Of a stretch of DNA of 64,000 bases, positions 55,112 through 64,000 are shown piece by piece (the first letter of the stretch is position 1; each line of letters starts with the position of its first letter). Where the stretch lies: positions 124,434,001 through 124,498,000 of the forward strand of contig OX597815.1 of NCBI GenBank assembly GCA_951406725.2. Direction: 5' to 3'. The DNA comes from Octopus vulgaris (lineage: Eukaryota). A model generated the notes under the pieces. That model was given only the letters and a program-made list of their open reading frames with translations, was not told where the DNA came from and searched no databases. Both the position numbers and the translations under genes were made by a program.

Positions 55112-56374
55112 TCACATCCCTTCTCACAAAGTCAATACCGAATTAAGCCTTGTCTAGTTCAGGTAAAATGATATACATAAAAAATGTTAATATACCTTCT
55201 ACTCCTTCTTGGCTTCTGACATCATACCGGCTAAGTACTCCGATCAGCCATATCGTAACGACTAAACAGTATTTCCTGGTGAAAGAAAGAAGAAGAATAA
55301 GTCCATTAGATTAATAAGAACGCTTTTTTTATGTACGGATTAATCAAAGAAGATGGTGGTGCATCTTTGACACGTAAGGCTTCTGGTGTAGATAGATTAA
55401 AAGAGAAAATAAACCACGACTCAATGCCTGCTGCTGTCAATTACTTTGACCAGCTGCAGGTGACCTTACCCACAAAGAAGCAACTTTCTGAAGCTTTAAG
55501 TACGAGGTCAAGCCGCTGTCATATGTATTTATTTATTTATTTATTCTATATTTTATCTTCCATTGTAATTTGTCAATAATAGCACTGTTGGTTAGAGGTT
55601 CCCAGCTGGCCAATCATCGGTTCTTTGTAATTCTGGTGCCAAATGTGATGAGTATCTAACCCGGTGAAAAGATTTGTTTTCTGTCACCCCAACGTTTATA
55701 CCCTTCCCCGATTCACATTGGCGAAGGGTATGCAGTCATACACACATACGTTATGCATGTGTGTGTGTGTGGGTATGACAGATTGGACTTAGTATATGGC
55801 TACCAAATTCCAATCATAAGTCATTGGATTGCTCAACCTAGAGCTATGGTAAAGAACAGTTACTTAAAGTGATGCGATGAGGTATCTAACCTCTAGCCAC
55901 GTGATTGTAAAGCGAACTTCTTTACCCTACAGCTATGTTAAGACAATCTAAGGTATGGCCAGCACACACTTTCACCAATATATTCCCTATAAAAACAATA
56001 GTATCATGCAAAGAAAGACGCAATAGGAAGCAATACATGAGGATATCGGATCATACTCATATTGGTAACTTGGTCAGAATGCTTACAACACAGTGGACTC
56101 TGATAAATACAATCGGGGGTGAGGGGTGATATTAAACCGAAAGACGTTTTGGGCTTGTACACATTTCGACTACACACACACAAGCACGCAACTAAAGCAA
56201 ATGATCTTTAATCAGCGACACGATCATTTGGGGATGGCAATATGATTTATCGTGAAGAAAGCGCTGCTTTTTCCATTTCTATTTGACTGGATTTTTTATT
56301 TATTGTTTAATCGTTATCAGCAAAAATAAACAATTATTTAGATAATAAATTATTACAGTAATAACTGGTGTTCC

Positions 56375-56612
56375 ATTGGTTACAATGACAAGGGTTCCAG
56401 TTGATCCGATCAACCGAATAGCAACGTGCAAGTGGTTGTGAGCTCCACAGACACGTGTACTCTTAACGTAGTTCTCGGGGAGATTTAACGTGACACTGAA
56501 TGTGACAAGGCTAGCCCTTTGAAATACAAGTACAACCGAGAGCGCTGGAGCAACGTGAAATAAAGTGCCTTGCCCAAGGACACAAAGTACCGGCAGAAAT
56601 CGAACTCATGAC
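56375..56612 (-). mobile_element. tRNA-derived SINE, family C
   Basis: Minus-strand box B GAGTTCGATTTC and TGTGTCCTTGGGCAAGGCACTTTA; related fragments at ~15200-15390, 32880-33050, 34980-35060 and 61450-61565. Confidence 0.75.
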
Positions 56613-57325
56613 AGTAACTAATGAATGTATTCATTCATAAAATGTGTATGTAAGTGTGTAATAAATATATATAAATTACTTAAAATACAGACTTAATGTT
56701 TCTGTACATACAGGTATATTATATTATATCATATCTAATATGATAACACTATAAATCATATATTTATTCCAAGTTTTCATGTTACATTGTTTTGTGACTA
56801 TTTATTCACAAAAACAGGTTATTATGAATGACAAGAAAATGATAATTGCGGGTAGTTATACTGTTCATGTTTTTCTCTTTCCTCATAGTTATTAACATTA
56901 TAAGAGATGTGATATAGGAATAATTTACGCTTAAAATATTGCAGAGAGAACGACAATAAAATTTTCCACACGGTTTATTGCTATTTCTTTACATAACACG
57001 ACCTCACTCCGACTTAATTTTTGTATCTCAGTATGTATTTATTACATCTAAAAGCAAACGACGATCACATTGTATCGTGACACCGCAAAAACATTATGTA
57101 AAAATCCATCTTTCGTAGGCGTACAGTGCTCAGATAGCCCAGCCAGAATATCCCCACCCCTGAAATATACCTTGTAGTATGTTCTGAGTTCAGATTCTGC
57201 TGGAATAAAATTCTCCCTTTACTTTTGAGGCACCTGTTAATCGATGGATTGGTATAATTAACATTATTTACTGTCTCCCAAAGTTATGTTAGAGAATAAT
57301 GACAGAATTATCAGAACCTTTACAC

Positions 57326-57679
57326 CAGTGATTCTGAGCCGGGGTCCATATGGTCCCTAGGGGTCCATATACAATTTTGGGGGGAGGAGGTACGCAACAA
57401 AATAATAAGTTAGAGATCCAAATAGTATTTTAAGGACTCCTGAAAAAGTATTGCTTCAGATTTATATGTTGGTATGGTATGCGTTGCAAGAAAGAGCTAG
57501 GGGTTTTCTAATATCTTACATAGTTTAAACTACACATGTTAATGTGTAAAAAACAAACTAGGAATTTTGAAAGAAGTATCTATAAAACTAGATTTTAAAC
57601 ATCGAATGGTTATGGGGGTTCACCAGAATAAAATAGTAATCAAGGGGGTCCATAGATGAAAAATGAATGAGAACCTCTG
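57326..57679. mobile_element. hAT (Charlie-type) MITE
   Basis: Ends CAGTGATTCTG / GAGAACCTCTG; flanks CTTTACAC / CTTTAGAG (6/8, NTNTANAN-type target); repeated subterminal GGGGTCCATA. Confidence 0.75.
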
Positions 57680-59677
57680 CTTTAGAGAAAATGTTTTTAG
57701 GTATTTGTTCCGGTACATTACATTCTGGATTCAAATTTCATCAAGATCAACTTGGTCTTTAACCCTTTCCGTGTCGATAAGTAAACTAGCTGTCAAATAT
57801 AATCAATTAACGTCTCTGCCACCAAAATGTTTAACCTTGTGTTTACATTTGAAATTATCATTCTTACATAAAATAATCAGTTAATAGCAGAATCGGAAGC
57901 GCATCGCGCGAAATGCCTTCACCGTCTGAGCGCCAATTGTGATTGGGCTACCTGTGCTTTTCATCCGGATTGGAAAAAGGCTCAATAAGTACCGGTTAGA
58001 TAATGAGGTCTATTTAATCGACAACAAAACTAATTTTGACACCAAGATGCTTGTTGCAATGCGACAATGGACGATTTGGTCATAAATGAGCTGTCTTTGA
58101 TCATGATCATAGGTTCGTTCGATCAGAGTTGACTAGAGTTTAAACCACAACAAAAGCAATAACAATTTGTAATAACTTAACCGTCACCTTAAAAACAAAG
58201 AAGTCACAACCCACAGATTGTTTAGGTGAGGCTGTCAAGTCAAGTACATCGAATTACAGAGGCATACGGCTACTTATTCTATATCCCCGTATCTCTGGAA
58301 TATTAAAAAACAAAAAAGAGTTAACTGCAGCGCAGTTTGAAGTATGAAAATTAAATGCTTATTTGCAAAAAAGAAATGCCCTGGATGGTGGAATCAGTAG
58401 AGCATCGGGCAAAATGCATTCTGTGTTCAGTTATGTCCCGAGAAGTTCAAATTTCAAACCGCACAGTTGTTGACTTTATCTTTCCTTACTCTAGATTATA
58501 CTTATTATAAAATGAATACCAGTAATACCCTAGGATTCGATTCAATTGGCTATACAACCCGTCTACGCAATTTTGGAACACGTGCCCTACTTTTTTTTTT
58601 TATAAAATGTGATGAGGGTGATGGTTAGTAGAGGGTTGTTGCTGCTATTGTTATGATTTTACCTCAAACCGTCACTAATCGAAAAGAGCTATGGTCAAAG
58701 ACAGTCCGTCTACGACTCTCTCGTCTAGGTTTTTAGGTATTGGACTACGTTTTCTATTTCGTTTTGCTTTTTGTTGGACGATAGTTTTCTTTGAATAAGA
58801 CTGTTACTTCTAGCATGTTGGATGACTCCGAAAAACCACTCCCCACTCCATTGGCTCGTGTGTAGAAAGTAATATATTTATGAAGAGGTGAAGGGTGGAG
58901 ATCGGTCCACCAGATAATTATTTCTGCTGCATAGACATAAAAATATCATCAGCTAATAATTATGTATAGCTAATGAGCTCCGCAATGTACGTGCTTTATT
59001 CCGGGTTGACACAATTTGCGGCTTTAGTGCGTTTCTCGGTTAGAACTCTTTCACATATTGCACTAGAGTACTCGTCATAGGAAGAAAGAACGTGAACTTC
59101 ACAGTTCCCGTAACCATGGGTGAAAATTTGTTGAGGTCACTCAGCTGAATATTTTGCTTTACTTCTAATTTAATCAGAGAATAAGAAGAAAAAGAAAGTG
59201 GAGGTCGAGAAAGAGCGCCCGTGACCATAATGTCAAGGTCTCCGGCACTAGTGGGAGGAAAGGAGGTTATTATTCATCAGACCGAAGGCCTGACACAAAT
59301 GTTTGCAACAAAGTGGACTGCGCTAAGGCAGGAAGGGGTCAAGTGGTGATATTAAACTGTGCAGTGGGTTAAATCTACCACTCAAAATTGTGCGTTGTTA
59401 TTTAGATCAGTGTCTGTCCTTTGTTATTTTAGTGATAATTGGTTGAAAAAGCTAACATCTCTCGTTTAGGATAGATTCTTATACCTCTTCAAGCTTATCT
59501 TTATGTTTTTTTTTAGCCTACGTGTCTTAAACTATTAAAAGAATGACCGAGAGTATGAATGAAGCACGAGCAACGTCAAACACACAAACTTCGATGATCT
59601 ACCGTTTTAATAATAATAATGATAATGATAATACTAATACTAATACTACTACTACTACTACTACTAATAATAATAAT

Positions 59678-60025
59678 CCTTTCTAGTATAGGCACAAGGC
59701 CTGAAATTTTGGGGGATAGGAAAAGTTGACCCCAGTACTTGACTGGTACTTAATTTATCGACACCGAAAGGATTAAAGGTAAAGTCGACCTCGGCTGAAC
59801 TTGAACTCACTACGTAGCGGCAGACGAAATACTGCGAAGCATTTCGCCCGGCGTGCTAACACTTCTGTCAGCTCGCTGCCTTGATAATAATAATAATAAT
59901 AGTCCTTTCAACAATAGGTACAGGGCCTGACGTTTTGGATACTTATTTCATCGAAAGGCAAAATCGACCTCGGTGGAATTTGAACTCAGTAAAAACGGAC
60001 GAAATGTCACTAAGCCAGTTCATCC

Positions 60026-60069
<44 letters not shown>

Positions 60070-60550
60070 ACAGCAGCAGTAGTAGCTGCTGCAGCAGCAG
60101 CAGCAGCAATAATAATAATTTTAAAAAAAATTTAGCACAAGGTCGGCAATTCGGGTAGTCGATTACATCAATTCCAGTACCTAACTGATACTTTATTTTA
60201 TCAACCCACCAAAAATGAAAGGCAAAGTTGAGCCCGTCAGGATTTGAATTTTGAACGTAAAAAGCCGAAAGAAAAGCCGCTAAGCATTTTCTCTGACGCG
60301 CGAACGTCTGCCAGTTCGCCGCCTTGAATAAATAATGGTTCTGATTTTGGCACTATGCTAGCAACTTTGAAAGAATGTGATAAGTGGATGACATTGACCC
60401 CAGTACTTGACTGATACTTTATTATTTTTTTTAACGGTGAAAAGATCAAAGTCGACCTCAGCGTAATTTGGACTCAGAACGTTGAGCCGGAAGAAATGCT
60501 GCCAAGCATTTAGGCCGACATGCTAATGTGTCTGCTAGCTTTCCGCCTTA
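59678..60550 (-). mobile_element. Chain of four family B SINE copies separated by trinucleotide tracts
   Basis: Copies at ~59678-59882, 59900-60020, 60130-60325 and 60335-60550. Confidence 0.8.
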
Positions 60551-60616
60551 ACTACCACAACCGCCGTCGCCACCACTACTCTACTACTACTACACCTCCT
60601 CCTCCTCCTCCTCCTC

Positions 60617-60664
<48 letters not shown>

Positions 60665-60865
60665 ATAATAATAATAATAATAATAATAATCATCATCATT
60701 ATCATTATGATGATGATGATGATTTTGAGCTTAGGCAAAAGCCTACACAGCTTCATCGCATCAAATCGATTCAACAAACTATAACAATTAACTGTTGGGA
60801 AGTAAAATTAACTTCGGTGGTATTTAAATTTAGAACATAAAGGGATTTGACCAAAAATTCATTTT

Positions 60866-61432
60866 GTGTGGTAAGAAGTTTGCTTCCCAAATACATGATT
60901 ACGGTTTCAGTCTCGCTGCGTGGTACCTTGGGTAAGTGTTTTTTACTATGGTTTCCGGCTGACCAAATCCTTGTGAGTGGATTTGGAAGTCGGAAACTGA
61001 AAGAAGCCCATCGTTTCTGTTTGTGCTTGTCCCTCATTACCGCTTGATAACTGTGTTGGTGTGTTTACGCCCTCGTAACATAGCGGTTCAGAAAAAGAAA
61101 TCGATAGAATAAATACTTGGCTTTTACAAAATAAGTCCTGAGGTGGACTTGTTCGACTAACATCCATTAAGACGGTGCCCCAAGATGGCTGCAGTCAAAT
61201 GACTGAAACAAGTATGAGCATGTGTGTGTGTGTTTGACCCCCCCCGCCGCCGCTTGACAACCGGTACTAAACTGTTTACGACTCCGCAACTTAACGATTC
61301 AGCAAAAGAAACCGATAGAATAAGTACCAGGCTTTAAAAAATGTACTGGATTCAATTCATTCGACTAAAATTTCTCAAGGCGGTGCTCCAGTATGTCCGC
61401 AGTCTAATGACTGAAACAACTAAAAGATAAAA
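60866..61432 (+). mobile_element. Family A SINE plus a second 3' module
   Basis: Head TGTGTGGTAAGAAGTTTGCTTCC; the 3' module (CGCTTGAYAAC...GATAGAATAA...TGACTGAAACAA) occurs twice. Confidence 0.8.
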
Positions 61433-62180
61433 ACTGATAATCCAGCTGCTCATTGCACTTACAAGTGATTGAGTATTCCACAGACATATGTACCCTTAAC
61501 GTAATTACTAAGACATGTAACAACGTGATACAATGTGACTATACTGGACTTTGAATTACAAATACAATCCAACAGATGAACTTCCACACAGTTTCCATCT
61601 ATCCAAAGTCATAAACAAAGCTTGGGCCGATAAGAAACTATACTATAGGCATTCGCCTAAGATCGAAACTGGAATCTCATGATTGCAAAGCATGCTTCTT
61701 AATCACTCGACCATATCTGCGACTTTCGCTATACTAATACCCACAATATTCCAAAAACACCTTCAAATATCATAGTAATTTCGTACGAAGTAAAAAAAAA
61801 AACAAAAAACAAAACAAAACAAAAACAAAAAACCTGAAAAGAAAAGACAAGAGCAAAAATATACAAAAACAGTGAATGTATGAGTGGTAAAACGGTAAGA
61901 ACAAAACTATAAATTACGTTGGGCGGCAAGCAATCGCATACAGTTTTTGCACTCGCCACATTAACTATATTAGTCTCAAGTTAACATTGAGATATATTTA
62001 TAACATCAGTGAACAAACTACTAATCTAGGTACAACTAATGACACAAGGGTACAGTTAAAGACATCACAGTGAGCAACGTCGGGATGTTTTCTCCAACGT
62101 ATACGTAAATATCTTTAATAAAATGAAAATAAAAACCATTTACTTTTATATATATATATATATATATATATACATACAGA

Positions 62181-62431
62181 CTCTTTTATTCTTTTACTTG
62201 TTTCAGTCATATGAATGTGGCCATGCTGGAGCACCGCCGTAAAGGGTCTTAGTCGAACATATCGGCCCAAGGACTTGAAGCCTAATACCTATTCTATCGG
62301 TCTCTTTCGCCGAACCGCTAATTTACAGGGACATAAACACCAGCATCTATTGTCAAGCGATGGCGGGGGACAAACACAGACATAAACACACAGACACACA
62401 CACACACGTACACTCACACACACACACACAC

Positions 62432-62471
<40 letters not shown>

Positions 62472-62637
62472 AAATATATATATACGACGGGCTTCTTTCA
62501 GTTTCTGTCTACCTAATCCACTCGCAAAGTTTTGGTTGGGCCGAGGCTATAGTAGAACCACTTGCCCAAGGTGCCACGCAGTGGGACAGAACCCGGAACC
62601 ATGTGGTTGAGAAGCAAGCTTCTTACCACACAGTCAC
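62181..62637 (-). mobile_element. tRNA-derived SINE, family A
   Basis: Reverse complement of 41401-41780 with an internal (CA)n tract. Confidence 0.9.
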
Positions 62638-63006
62638 ATACTGCTTTCATTTTTTTTTTCGAGATGGGTGTTCTCCTCTACGTGATGGGTGTTCTCCTCT
62701 CGTCGTTATGAATGAATGGCCAAAAAAAGAAAATGTGGCTATACTGCTAAAGCAATGTTTGTATGGCTGCATAAATAAATGAAATGAGTGAAGAGTGTAC
62801 TCTTCAACAGATGCATGGATAAAAGGGCACACAGGTGTTTATTCTGACGTTTTTAATGAGAACGTCATTTTACCGGTATACAGGAGATCACCAAGATGGC
62901 TGCTTATTATCAGCAGGTACTAAGTACATGTTTGTATTTCCTTTTATAGACAAGATGATCTTCTTGATTAAAATATATACAGCGAACTATTAATTTGAAT
63001 AATGCA

Positions 63007-63130
<124 letters not shown>

Positions 63131-63722
63131 GTATATATAATTAATCATTGTATTCACTATTTGTATTACTCAGAGACGCCGTCCGCATTAAAAATAAATT
63201 GTTAGTGTTAATATTTGATTTAATGGGAAAAGTCGCCAAAAGCTAGATAGAAAGAGTTAGACGCAATGAATAATCTATACTAGTTATTTACTAAATTATT
63301 TTTTATTTATTGGTCAAGTAAGGGAGAAAACCCAAGATATAGTCCGTTTTATCATAACCTCATCAGCGAAGCATAGTTATTCTCCTTCCACTTGCTGAAG
63401 TGGAGATAAATGTAATTGAGTAAATATAGATGAAGATATACTAAATGGCATAGAGTATAACACTTAGAAAATGAATTGATGAATTGCTCAGCTTTTATTA
63501 TGGTTCACTGTTAAATATATAAAAACAAAAGTAGATACGCACAGTCTCACACACACCGGTTATCGTCTACCTATTTCACTCACAATGTATTCGATGTAAT
63601 ACACAATTCGAAGTAGAAAATATTGTCCAGGATTTGACACCGAGAACCAAGTAGTTCCAAGCTAATTTATTCACTATATATCCTCCTGCGCTCCCTACAT
63701 ACATATATACATAGACATGTGC

Positions 63723-63808
<86 letters not shown>

Positions 63809-64000
63809 ATGTATGTATGCATGTGTGTGTGTATATATACACACACACATAAACATCACAGAGAGAACCTCGACTTAATTACTCGAATGTTAAAAATGGG
63901 CAACAAAACTCCCTCAAATCACGTAACCGGCTGTTTTAAAAAGAGAATTAAATGTTAATTATAATTTTTTTTTGTTAGCCCAACACTACGAACATTTTAA

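Noticed and set aside
59015-59098. miR-92-like seed TATTGCAC in an 11-bp hairpin
   Set aside because: The stem is too short and GU-rich, with a ~27-nt loop; not a credible pre-miRNA.
63344-63366. Minus-strand CTGATGA-GGTTATGAT-AAAACGG
   Set aside because: The GAAA box and helix II are missing; too degraded to call.

Overview
AT-rich, microsatellite-dense animal genomic DNA with no host protein-coding exon I can support; nearly all ORFs in the track are translations of microsatellites or SINEs. The SINE repertoire and (TA)n/(CA)n/(GA)n load look like a coleoid cephalopod, most likely Octopus (inference from recall, not a search). The window is a patchwork of transposon debris: many tRNA-derived SINEs, two CR1/Jockey-group LINE remnants, a mariner fold-back derivative, two hAT MITEs with 8-bp TSDs, a 2.3-kb long-TIR element with an Academ-like signature, one Helitron with both termini and two degraded Helitron helicase remnants. 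The most notable signal is a set of short non-coding elements in or beside dinucleotide microsatellites that carry minimal type-I hammerhead ribozyme cores of the Penelope-like-element (PLE) type. One of them (36546-37170) is a tRNA-headed, Pol III-promoter unit with an (AAT)n spacer and a hammerhead tail, present as a head-to-head inverted pair: a candidate Penelope-mobilised ribozyme SINE. All coordinates and alignments were read by eye.
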